64,000 nt of DNA from Octopus vulgaris (lineage: Eukaryota): NCBI GenBank assembly GCA_951406725.2, contig OX597837.1:29698001-29762000 (forward strand). Direction: 5' to 3'. Made by a program: the position numbers and the translations under genes. Below, in pieces: positions 25,109 to 35,710 of the stretch. The notes beneath the pieces are model-generated. The model was given only the letters and a program-made list of their open reading frames with translations, had not been told where the DNA came from and searched no databases. Position 1 is the stretch's first letter. The number at the start of each line of letters is the position of its first letter.

Positions 25109-25630
25109 TTAATCCAAACATAAAAACACAAAGAGAAAACACAAGGCGAGGACGAGGAACAAGTATAGTGTTATTGGATTCTCAGGAAAGGAAAGAAAGA
25201 AGGAAGATTTAACGTTTCGATCGGAGCTCTTCGTCAGAAACATAGGAAACGGAAAGATCCAAGGAAGGGAAGACAGAGGAAAATAAAAAAAATCACCAAT
25301 GATACACACGCGGTCACATATTGAATGACCGGAAGGGAATGGGTGAAGAAAAAGTTCTTTCAAAGACAGGAGAGTGCAAGAGAAGGAGGTATGTGTGTGC
25401 GCGCAGGTCTGTGTGTGTGTAATGATAGCACATGTGTCTGTGTGTGTAATGATAGCACATGTGTCTCTGTGTGTGTGTAACGATAGCACGTGTGTCTGTG
25501 TGTGTGTGTGGTTGTGGCTGTTAATGTGTGTGTGGTTGTGGCTGTTAATGAAGCAACTAACCAACCAACATTTATATGGCTATAATTACATAGAGATAAA
25601 ATGTGTGGTTGGGCTTAGTATCATTTAAGG
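25109..25630 (-). mobile_element. Penelope-like 3' end/pLTR with minimal hammerhead (25207-25241)
   Basis: Same family as 16589-17232; GTTT-CTGACGA-AGAGCTCCGATC-GAAACGTT-AAAT on the minus strand. Confidence 0.7.
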
Positions 25631-25953
25631 TCATAGGAAGAATGATAGTCTACAAATAGTCTACATGTTTTTGTTCAAACTGACCAAGTTCAGTCTCTCA
25701 CATCTACCTTTCAAGTTCATTCTAAAAATTTAACAATCACATCATCAAAATCTCAAAGCTATGAAATACTGCATGATTAATTCAAAACAATGTGAATAAA
25801 TAAGCATTGCATTGGACAAAATAATCTGAAATTAAAGGGTTAACAAGTTTTAATCTGAATGCATCAACCTGACCGGTTTCAGACCTTGTTTGATTCTCAT
25901 CAGAGACAGATTTCCAACAACAGTGACTGTTTCACTGTTCCATTCTTTCACAG

Positions 25954-26103
25954 GTTCTTAGAGAACAGGCCCAAGTTCGGTTGCAAGCCTACAAGGAACA
26001 ATACGCTCAGTTCAGAGCTGAGTTATCTGCTGAACAACTGACTGCTTTGAAGGAATCTTTTTCAAAGAAGAAAGAGAATCGAGCAAAGAGGAAAAAGAAG
26101 CTG
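25954..26103 (+). CDS. TFAM: TFAM exon 4 (end of HMG1 and linker)
   Basis: 150 nt; VLREQAQVRLQAYKEQYAQFRAELSAEQLTALKESFSKKKENRAKRKKKL; CAG|..|GTAAGT. Confidence 0.95.
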
Positions 26104-27073
26104 GTAAGTTTGACATGAAGTTACTTCGCACAATTTTGGGATCTTTTCGGTTTGAACGGCAGTTTTTTCTAGCGGTGTCATATGAAATTGTCACCCATAA
26201 TTATGACCCTAGTATCGATCTATTGCATTTCAATCTGTTTTAGGGTTAGGGGTGGGGGAAAGGGTATCTTTTTTCCTTCACAAATGTAAATAAACCCAAT
26301 CTGTTTCTTAAACGAGGAACATATTCATACGGCACAGAATGCTTTTTACCTCAATAGACGTATTTGATTGGTTGAAATTGCAGAAATTGAAGAAAAAGAC
26401 AACAAATATCTTACAAACTTTGATTTCTAGATAGAAGCAAATAGGAAATAACACTTACTGATCAAAGACAAAAGAAAAACAAAATTTTTTGTTGCACAGT
26501 GTTATTGACGAGTTTTTAAAGAATCAGTCAATGTCTACAGAAGAGGTACGGTCTTCATGCTGACATGTGTCTGTATAAGCACGGACTGTTTGGTGTTTGA
26601 GAATATTGAAATGATATCAGAAAATCTCCATCACCTCATCATCATCATCATCGTCGTTTAATGTCTGCTTTCCATGCTAGCATGGGTTGGATGATTTGAC
26701 CGAGGTCTGGTAAACCAGATGGCTGCACCAGACTCCAGTCTGATCTAGAGGAGTTTCTACAGCTTGATGCCCTTCCTAATGCCAACCACTCTGAGAGTGT
26801 AGTGGGTGCTTTTATGTGCCACTGGCACGAGGGCCAGTCAGGTAGTACTGGCAGGGGCCACGCACAAATGGTGCTTTTTATGTGCCACCTGCACAGGAGC
26901 CAGTCCAGCGGCACTGGCAACGACCTTGCTCGAATGTTTTTTTACGTGCCACCAGCACAAGTGCTTGCAGGCGACACAGGTAACTATCACGCTCGGAATG
27001 GCGTTTTTAACATGCCATCGGCTCGGAGGCCAGCTTGTTGCTCTGGCCCCAATCTCACTCGTATGGTTCTCTT

Positions 27074-27443
27074 GGAAGCACTCCGTCAGTTACGACGACG
27101 AGGGTTCCGGTTGATCCGATCAACGGAACAGCCTGCTCGTGAAATTAACGTGTAAGTGGCTCAGCACTCCACAGACACGTGTACCCTCGGGGATATTCAG
27201 CGTGACACAGAGAGTGACAAGGCCGGCCCTTTGAAATACAGGTACAACAGAAACAGGAAGTAAGAGTGAGAGAAAGTTGTGGTGAAAGAGTACAGCAGGG
27301 ATCACCACCATCCCTGCCGGAGCCTCGTGGAGCTTTAGGTGTTTTCGCTCAATAAACACTCACAATGCCCGGTCTGGGAATCGAAACCATGATCCTACGA
27401 CTGCGAGTCCGTTGCCCTAACCACTGGGCCATTGTGCCTCCAC
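27074..27443 (-). mobile_element. tRNA-derived SINE, family C
   Basis: tRNA-like head (family consensus GGAGGCGCAATGGCCCAGTGGTTAGGGC..GGTTTCGATTCCC); 12-bp TSD TATGGTTCTCTT. Confidence 0.9.
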
Positions 27444-27699
27444 TATGGTTCTCTTAGCGCTCCACTAGCAACGGATGCCATCTTAGTTAAGACCATCAGG
27501 AGAATATTGTACTAGCCTCCTATTCAGGTGCAGATAACTCATTTTTGATACTATAAAGACACCTGTGTTCATCACAGCCCTCAGTGCCTTCTCAGGAGTA
27601 CGACCTTATTTGGAGTTGAGGTGGTGGTTCCTGGGTAATATTAAAAATATTTTTACATATTTTAACACTGCCTTTGTCTTTTTGCTTTCAACTTTCTAG

Positions 27700-27795
27700 T
27701 CTGAGCGGAAACATGGCAGGCCACGGAGGCCAATGAATTCCTATGCTATTTTTGTCCAAGCATCAAAAGTTGAACGTGGAAATCTTCCATTTGTT
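27700..27795 (+). CDS. TFAM: TFAM exon 5 (start of HMG box 2)
   Basis: 96 nt; SERKHGRPRRPMNSYAIFVQASKVERGNLPFV; TAG|..|GTAAGT. Confidence 0.95.
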
Positions 27796-27929
27796 GTAAG
27801 TTTTTTTTTTTTTTTGTCATTTTATCTCTATGTAATTATAGCCAATATAAATGTTGGTTGGTTAGTTGCTTCATTTCATCATGTTTTTACATCGTTGAGA
27901 GAGAGTAAATTAAAAAAAGTTTCATTTCT

Positions 27930-28515
27930 CAGACGTGGCAGCAAAGAAAAGCACACATTCACTCTCTATGTGAGATTAGACTCGGAAAGTTTGTGAGGAA
28001 CTTATTGACCCAATTTACTGACTTTTCTGATGGCATGCAGGTGTTGATGAATGGTTGAATAACAAAATTCAACAGATATGATGGGATTTTGTTCCATCAG
28101 GGTTTGCAGGACAGCTTCGTCAAGTTCTACAGATCTTCCAGGACAAGGCTCGTCTTCTAGGCTGTAGTTTTCCGGCTCAAATTTTCTGGAACTGCCATTG
28201 ACCCTGGCTTACACTTATTGTCCGATTCCCACATACTGGATTAATATTCTTTGTATTTTCTGTTGCATTGTTGCCTTTATTGAACTCATAAAGCAAAATA
28301 TGCTGAATATTCTTTTTTGTCACTTCCATTACAGTTTTGATAAAATAACTGCTAAAATCGAACTGCACTCTTCAAAACTTGCACTAAGAATAAGCAGAAG
28401 GTAAAATTACCACCTGCTTTTATAGCAAGTTGATGCAGGTAGTTTATCCCATCCCTCTCTGACTTTTAGTTCATGCAATTGAAAAAACCACATTATTTAT
28501 GGGATGCCCTCAAAA
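27930..28515 (-). mobile_element. Decayed mariner transposon (5' TIR and transposase N-terminus)
   Basis: MEVTKKNIQHILLYEFNKGNNATE..(frameshift)..YSLEDEPCPGRS..TIHQHLHAIRKVSKLGQ*VPHKL (WVPHEL motif). Confidence 0.85.
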
Positions 28516-28817
28516 TATATATATACACACACATACACAAACGTGTGTGTACATATATATGTATATGTGTGTATGTATATATATATATGGTTGTGTATAT
28601 AATATGTGAGTGTGTGTGTGTGTGAGACAGTCTTCAACACAGTTTTTTTTATACCAAATCCACTTACAAGGCATTAGTTGGCTTGAGGCTATGATAGAAG
28701 ATAATGACTCAGATGCAAAGTGCCCAACCACACAGCCATGCCAGTGCTTAATGAAACAAAAATCTTCATTAATTTAATTAACTTGACTTTATAACATTTT
28801 TTTTCTTCTTCCTTCAG

Positions 28818-28874
28818 GACTTTTCAAAGCAATTAGCAAATACCTGGAAAAATTTACCAAAAGAAGAAAAAGAG
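28818..28874 (+). CDS. TFAM: TFAM exon 6
   Basis: 57 nt; DFSKQLANTWKNLPKEEKE; CAG|..|GTAAAC. Confidence 0.95.
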
Positions 28875-28925
28875 GTAAACAGCCTATTTTCATTAAAAAA
28901 TGCAAAAAACAAACACTTGTTATTA

Positions 28926-29067
28926 TAAGGTTGTCCCAAAAGTTCGTAGAAAGTCTTGGAAAATAATGGTCTTTATTTTGAGGAATAATTTTTGTTGTTT
29001 TTGTTAGTACTTGGCGAGTAAAAATTCAATTTTCGCAAGTGTTTACGAACTTTTGGGACAACCTAAT
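28926..29067. mobile_element. Mariner-type MITE
   Basis: TIR AGGTTGTCCCAAAAGTTCGTA / TACGAACTTTTGGGACAACCT with TA flanks. Confidence 0.75.
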
Positions 29068-29912
29068 AATTAGTAGAGCAATTGATGAACTAGTGTGTGT
29101 TCATATTATATTTCAAGATGGTAATTTTTTTATCTTTTTCTTTTCCAAATAAACACACTCACTATATTCATTCTCTACTCCTTTGTTACTGTTCTTATTA
29201 TATCTCATGTTCATTCGATCAAGGTCGTTGCCAGTGCCGCAGGACTGGCTCCTGTGCAGGTGGCACATAAAAAGCACCATTTGAGCGTGGCCGCTGCCAG
29301 TACCGCCCGACTGGCCCTCGTGCCGGTGACATGTAAAAGCACCCACTACACTCTCGGAGTGGTTTGCATTAGGAAGGGCATCAAGCTGTAGAAACTCTGC
29401 TAGACCTCAGTCAAATCGTCCAACCCATGCTAGCATGGAAGGCGGACGTTAAATGATGATGATGATGATGATGTTCCATGCTGACAGATGTTGAACAGTT
29501 TGACAAGGATCCAATGAGTCAAGGACTGCAAATTACTCTAGTGTCCACTGTGGCATGGTTTCTACAGCTGGATGCCCTTCCAAATACCAACCACTTTACA
29601 GTGTGCACTGGATGCTGTTTTTTATGCTGCTAGGACTATTGTAGTCACCATGTAGATTGGAGTCTGGTGCAGCCATCTGGTTCACCAGACCTTAGTCAAA
29701 TCGTCCAACCCATGCTAGCATGGAAGGCGGACGTTAAACAATGATGATGATGATTGTCCGGAAGTCTTTTGTTAGATCTGTGACTTCAGCGACACTTTCC
29801 GTCTTCCTGTGTGCTCTTGCTCTGCTTATTCTATTCTGTTCTTCTATGATGTGTATCCTTATATGCACATGCATCTGTGTTTGTGTGTGTATTTAAAAAA
29901 ATTTTTTTTTTT

Positions 29913-30127
29913 ATTTTACTTGTTTCAGTCATTTGATTGCGGCCATGCTGGAGCACCGCCTTTAGTCAAGCAAATCGACCCCGGGACTTATTCTTTGTAA
30001 GCCCAGTACTTATTCTATCGGTCTTTTTTTGCTGAACCGCTAAGTGACGGGGACGTAAACACACCAGCATCGGTTGTCAAGCAATGCTAGGGGGACAAAC
30101 ACAGACACACAAGCACACACACATATA
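29913..30127 (-). mobile_element. SINE family A, 3' half (5' half at 32340-32514; split by the RTE insertion)
   Basis: The two halves flank the LINE at the SINE's central microsatellite. Confidence 0.87.
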
Positions 30128-32339
30128 GAGAGGGTCATAAGCCAACTAATTAGAGAGAGAGTTAGTTTAGATGAGATGCAGTTTGGTTTCGTGCCAGGGA
30201 AAAGTACCACTGATGCTATATTCCTGGTAAGGCAGCTGCAGGAGAAATACCTAACCAAAGATAAGGCCCTGTACCTGGCTTTTGTTGACATGGAGAAAGC
30301 CTTCGACAGGGTCCCCCGATCCCTCATATGGTGGTCAATGAGGAAACTAGGAATAGAAGAATGGTTAGTGAGAGCTGTGCAAGCCATGTACAGGGACGCT
30401 GCTAGTAAGGTGAGGGTTGGAAATGAGTACAGTGAAGAATTCCGGGTAGAGGTAGGGGTCCACCAAGGCTCAGTCCTCAGCCCCCTCCTATTTATCATAG
30501 TCCTCCAGGCAATAACGGAGGAATTCAAGACAGGATGCCCCTGGGAGCTCCTCTATGCTGATGACCTTGCTCTAATTGCTGAGTCATTATCAGAACTGGA
30601 GAAGAAGTTTCAGGTGTGGAAGCATGGTTTAGAATCAAAGGGCCTTAGAGTCAACCTAGCTAAAACCAAAGTCCTAATAAGTAGGAAGGTAGACAAATCA
30701 CAAACGCCTTCAGGTAGATGGCCCTGCTCGATCTGTAGAAAAGGTGTAGGTAGAAACTCTATAAGATGCACCAAGTGTAAGCTATGGACACATAAGAGGT
30801 GCAGCAATGTCATAGGAAGGCTAACTAGGAAGATGGTTTTTGTATGTGGCAGATGCTCGGGAGCATTAACCTCTGAAAATCTGCAGAAAACAACTTCCGT
30901 CACTTTCCAGGGGGAAAAACTAGAAGTAGTTGATAGCTTCCGTTATCTTGGTGACCAAGTCAGTAGTGGGGGTGGGTGTGCTGAAAGTGTAACGGCTAGA
31001 GGAAGAATAGCCTGGGCAAAGTTTAGGGAGCTCTTACCTCTGTTGGTGACTAAAGGCCTCTCGCTCAGAGTAAAAGGAAGACTGTATGATGCATGTGTAC
31101 GAACAGCCATGCTACATGGCAGTGAAACATGGGCCGTGACTGCTGAGGACATGCGTAAGCTCGCGAGAAATGAAGCTAGTATGCTCCGTTGGATGTGTAA
31201 TGTCAGTGTTCATAGTCGACAGAGTGTAAGTACCTTGAGAGAAAAGTTGGACCTAAGAGGAATCAGATGTTGTGTGCAAGAGAGACGATTGCGCTGGTAT
31301 GGTCATGTGGTGAGAATGGATGAAGATAGGTGTGTGAAAAAGTGCCACACCCTGGCAGTTGAGGGGACCTGTGGAAGAGGTAGACCCAGGAAAACCTGGG
31401 TCGAGGTGGTGAAGCACGACCTTCGAACTCTAGGTCTCACCAAGGAAATGACCAGAGACCGAGACCTATGGAAGTATGCTGTGCGTGAGAAGACCCGGCA
31501 AGACCAGTGAGAACAATCAAAATCAAATCATATATCAGAAAGCAGGGGTTAAGTGACCCATCCGTTCGTGTCCGCTGTCAGCCTCGTCTGGCACCCGTGC
31601 CGGTGATACGTAAAGGCACCATTCGCTCATGGCCGTTTGCCAGCTCTGCCTGGCCCCGTGTCGGTGGCACGTAAAAGCACCATCCGTTCGTGTTCGTTGC
31701 CAGCCTCGCCTGGCCCCGTGCCGGTGACACGTAAAAGCACCGTCCGTTTGTGGCCGTTTGCCAGCTCTATCTGGCCCCGTGTTGGTGGCACGTAAAAGCA
31801 CCATCCGTCCGTGTCCGTTGCCAGCCTCGGCTGGCCCCCGTGCCGGTGACACGTAAAAGCACCGTCCGCTCGTGGCCGTTTGCCAGCTCTGTCTGGCAAC
31901 CATGTCGGTGGCACGTAAAAGCACCATCCGTTCGCGTCCGTTGCCAGCCTCGGCTGGCCCCCGTGCCGGTGACACGTAAAAGCACCGTCCGTTCGTGGCC
32001 GGTTGCCAGCTCTGTCTGGCCCCGTGTCGGTGGCAAGTAAAAGCACCATCCGTTCGTGTCCGTTGCCAGCATTGTCTGGCCCCGTGCCGGTGACACGTAA
32101 AAGCACCATCCGTTCATGGCCGTTCGCCAGCTCTGTCTGGCACCTGTGCAGGTGGCACGTAAAATACACCCACTACACTCGCGGAGTGGTTGGCGTTAGG
32201 AAGGGCATCCAGCCGTAGAAACACTGCCAGATCTGACTGGGCCTGACGAAGCCTTCCAGCTTCACAGACCCCAGTTGACCCGTCCAACCCATGCTAGCAT
32301 GGAAAGCGGACGCTAAACGATGATGATGATGATGATGAT
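30128..32339 (+). mobile_element. 5'-truncated RTE-clade LINE: open RT ORF (30128-31510), tandem-repeat 3' UTR and (GAT)n tail
   Basis: QFGFVPGKSTTDAIF, AFVDMEKAFDRV, GVHQGSVLSPLLF, YADD, FRYLG, LHGSETW, RRLRWYGHV and RGRPRKTW motifs with no stops; C4HC3 finger inside the RT. Confidence 0.95.
31560..32170 (+). repeat. About 10 copies of a ~61-bp tandem unit (alternating A/B variants) in the RTE 3' UTR
   Basis: Core GGTG(G/A)CACGTAAAAGCACC(A/G)TCCG recurs every 60-63 bp. Confidence 0.93.
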
Positions 32340-32589
32340 ATATATACATATATACGACAGGCTTCTTTCAGTTTCCGTCTACCAAATCCACTCACAAGGT
32401 ATTGGTCGGCCCGGGGCTATAGCAGAAGACACTTGCCCAAGATGCCACGCAGTGGGACTGAACCCGGAACCATGTGGTTGGTTAGCAAGCTACTTACCAC
32501 ACAGCCACTCCTGCACTTGTATGTGTGTGTCATTGTTCTTAGCAGCACTATGCCCCCAGCCCTGTCCCCACTTCGTTGCTGTTGCTGCT

Positions 32590-32972
32590 TGCTTGTTTGT
32601 TTGTTTGTTGAGCGAAGCGGTCTTCATCCCAGTGGGAGAAGTCCGAAACATGGTCCTTTGCTATTCGTAAGACCCGCAGAAGAGAAAGCAGGTCAACAAC
32701 CCCCCGACACCGAGAGCATCGACAGATGGATGAATGCGCATCCAGGCTCTGCGATTGCGTAGGAAGTCGGGGACAAGAAACAGGAAAAAAGAGTGAGAGA
32801 AAGTTGGAGCGAAAGAGTACAACAGGGGTCGCCACCACTCCACTGCCGGAGCCTCGTGGAGCTTTAGGTGTTTTCGCTCAATAAACACACAGAACGCCCA
32901 GTCTGGGAATCGAAACCGCGATCCTCCGACCGCGAGTCCGCTGTCCTGACCATTGGGCCATTGCACCTCCAG
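32590..32972 (-). mobile_element. SINE family C variant (same head, different 3' half)
   Basis: tRNA-like head and GCGAAAACACCTAAAGCTCCACGAGGCTCCGGCAG core; (CAAA)/(CAG)-type tail. Confidence 0.8.
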
Positions 32973-33187
32973 TAGCTATTGCTGCTGCCCTTTAACCCAA
33001 CTTTTTGTACCATTCTTGTAGCCCACTGTGTTTGTGTGTTCACCCACACTGCTGCCACTGTGGTAGTTGTTGTTGCCATTGTTGTTAGTCATGTTGATAT
33101 TATTGTGACCTTTTGTGAAGTTACCGTGTGTGTGTATATGGGTTGCTTCCTATGTTGTTTGTATCCGTGCCCTTTATACAGTTTCTT

Positions 33188-33980
33188 TGGCTGTGTGGTA
33201 AGTAGCTTGTTTACCAACCACATGGTTTCAGGTTCATCCCCACAGCGTGGCACCTCGGGCAAGTGTATTCTACTATAGCCTCAGGCCGACCAAAGCCTTG
33301 TGAGTGGATTTGGTAGACGGAAACTGAAAGAAGCCCGTCGTATATATATATATATTTATATTTATATATAATAAAATATTAGGGAATAAATCCAAACTTA
33401 CAGGGAAAAATCAGATTTAGGATTGAATCCAATTTTATAGTAAAATATTATATTATATTAAATTAGAGATAAAACCACTATTAGGCAAATCATACAATGA
33501 AAAACTCAAGCCAATACATAAGATTAATTAATTTATATTATTTTAAATATTTAAATCACCTGAAGAATGACTGTAACCCGAAATTTTAAGAATTGAACAG
33601 CCATGAAACGATCGTAGTGTTATACTAATTATCTTTTTTTAATAATTTTGATATATATTTAAAATAATATAAATTAATCAATCTTATGTATTGGCTTGAG
33701 TTTTTCATTGTATGATTTGCCTAATAGTGGTTTTATCTCTAATTTAATATAATATTATATTTATATATATATATATGTATGTATGTGTGTGTATATGTTT
33801 GTGTGTCTTTGTTTGTCCCCCAACATCGCTTGACAACTGATGCTGGTGTGTTTACGTCCCTGTAACTTAGCAGTTCAGCAAAAGAGACCGATAGAATAAG
33901 TACTGGGCTTACAAAGAATAAGTCCCGGGGTCGATTTGCTTGACTAAAAGCTGTGCTCTAGCATGGCCACAGTCAAATGA
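33188..33980 (+). mobile_element. SINE family A interrupted by a hammerhead-containing inverted-repeat element (about 33350-33765)
   Basis: SINE 5' half ends in (TA)n at about 33350 and resumes at about 33770. Confidence 0.85.
33557..33619 (+). ncRNA. Type-I hammerhead ribozyme motif inside an inverted repeat
   Basis: CAC-CTGAAGA-ATGACTGT..ACAGCCAT-GAAA-CGATCG-TA-GTG; flanked by ~115-bp inverted arms 33441-33555 / 33647-33763. Confidence 0.72.
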
Positions 33981-34096
33981 CTGAAACAAATAAAAGAGTA
34001 TCTCTAATTTGTTTTTTATAGCTATCATAGGTATGTGCATATATGTCTATTGTATGTGTATTACACTGCTTGTATCTGGCTTTTTTTTTTCTCCCT

Positions 34097-34480
34097 TTAG
34101 TCATCATGTGTGGTGTGGTGGTGGGTGCTATTGAGCCATTCGTAATTTCTGTTGAGTCTCAGCCGGTCTATTGCTGTGATTAGCCTCTGTGATCTAAGTG
34201 TTGCATCAATTCTATGTGTTGATAATACTTTGACCTCTATGCTATTTACTGAGCCCCTGTGTTCTGCTTGAGCATGTTGGTAGTGCACTGATGAACCATT
34301 CTCTTTATTGAGCTCCTGCCAGTGTTCACCTATATGTGCTCCTATGCTGCATGCTGTCTCTCCAATGTAAGTAGTTGTCATGCTTCTGCACAGTCTCTCA
34401 GTACATTGTAAGCTATACACTATATACCTAACCTTACAGTTAACCTGTGGGTTCATCCTACATACAATACAATTGTTCTC
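34097..34480 (-). mobile_element. Penelope-like GIY-YIG endonuclease remnant
   Basis: CKVRYIVYSLQC..C..YIGETACSIGAHIGEH..H....H..LN..EW. Confidence 0.8.
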
Positions 34481-35090
34481 TGTACATGGATGGGGACATA
34501 TTGAAGGGATAAGTTCTACAGATCAGGGATTTTATAGGGGCACCAGGCCTTTCTACTACTTTAATCCATAGACTGGCCTTATCTAATGTTTTTCTAAGAA
34601 GGTATGCTAATTCTCCGCTCTGGTATTTTTTGTTGTCATACCATGACAAGGCCAACTCATGGTATGACAACAAAAAATACCAGAGTGTCATGTTTGTTGA
34701 TGCTACCTCTGGCAGCGAACCAGCATACCTTTTTAGAAAGAGTAAGAATGGTAAAGACAATGGTAAGGAGAGAGAGAGAGAGAAAAAGGAAGAGAGGGTA
34801 ATGAATGAATTTAGAATAAAATACAATAACGTGTCTAGCTTTTCCTATAAAAAATTGTTTTTTCCACAAAGAAAAGTTTGCTTTTTAACCCTTTTGTTAC
34901 TGTATTTATTTTGAGATGCTCTGTGTTTCTTTCAATTACTTTAAATATAACAAAGAATTTAGTAAAATAATTTGGTTACCATTAAGCTAGTGTTAGGAAC
35001 ATGACTTGTGACTAAAGTTTGGTGGAAGATTTTAATTCAAAACTTTTGAAAACAAGACATTTTTACTCAGAGCCAGAGCCAGTTTCAGCC

Positions 35091-35352
35091 GGACACGTGG
35101 ACATGCCTACAAAGTCAGAAAACAACACAGCTCCCATGACTTTCGGAAACATTTTTTCACGCTCAGAGTTGCTGAAGCATGGAATAAACTGCCTGCATCA
35201 GTTGTTGACTGCCATGACACTGCATCCTTTAAGGCCCTCATGCTTTCCGAAATCCGCCGAAACTACACCTGATTATATATACACTTTAGATGAGTTGTAG
35301 TGCACCTGAGCACTGTACACAATTATTATTATTATTATTATTATTATTATTG
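35091..35352 (+). mobile_element. CR1-type LINE 3' end with (ATT)n tail, nested in a TTAA-flanked MITE (34889-35363)
   Basis: TRGHAYKVRKQHSSHDFRKHFFTLRVAEAWNKLPASVV..SFK, a CR1 C-terminal signature. Confidence 0.85.
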
Positions 35353-35443
35353 TATTGAAAGGGTTAAAGAATTCTCAAAAGCATTCTTCGAGCTTTGTAT
35401 TATAACATGATGGCGCTTTTTATTTTTATTTTTATTTCTTTAG

Positions 35444-35710
35444 ATTTATAATGAAGAAGCTCGGTTGGAACGTGAGAAATATGCTATACAAATGATGAAC
35501 TGGGAAAAACTGATGCTGGAAGAGGGACGTCTGGATCTGATTCGAGGCTACCGGAGACCAAGTAAAAAGGTTAAAAAAGTTACAAAAGCCAAGAAGAAGA
35601 AGAAAGTCGTTGTAAAGGCCAAAAAGGTTAAAGTTAGAAAAAGTAAGAGAACGAAAAAAAAAACAAAATCCACAAAGGCACCAAAAGTTGTAAGCAAAGA
35701 GCAGAGTTAA
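35444..35710 (+). CDS. TFAM: TFAM exon 7 (end of HMG2 and extended basic C-terminal tail)
   Basis: TAG|IYNEEARLEREKYAIQMMNWEKLMLEEGRLDLIR, then a 54-aa Lys-rich tail and TAA at 35708-35710. Spliced CDS is 837 nt, 278 aa. Confidence 0.95.
   Translation: MYNEEARLEREKYAIQMMNWEKLMLEEGRLDLIRGYRRPSKKVKKVTKAKKKKKVVVKAKKVKVRKSKRTKKKTKSTKAPKVVSKEQS

Noticed and set aside
30074-30127. N-terminus MSSNARGTNTDTQ of the 478-aa ORF as a true start or chimeric gene
   Set aside because: Non-ATG start inside an antisense SINE; a chance in-frame fusion to the 5'-truncated LINE.
31560-32170. CRISPR-like repeat-spacer appearance (also 42853-43360, 57485-58505 and 60925-61330)
   Set aside because: The intervening sequences are near-identical rather than unique spacers; eukaryotic context with no cas genes.
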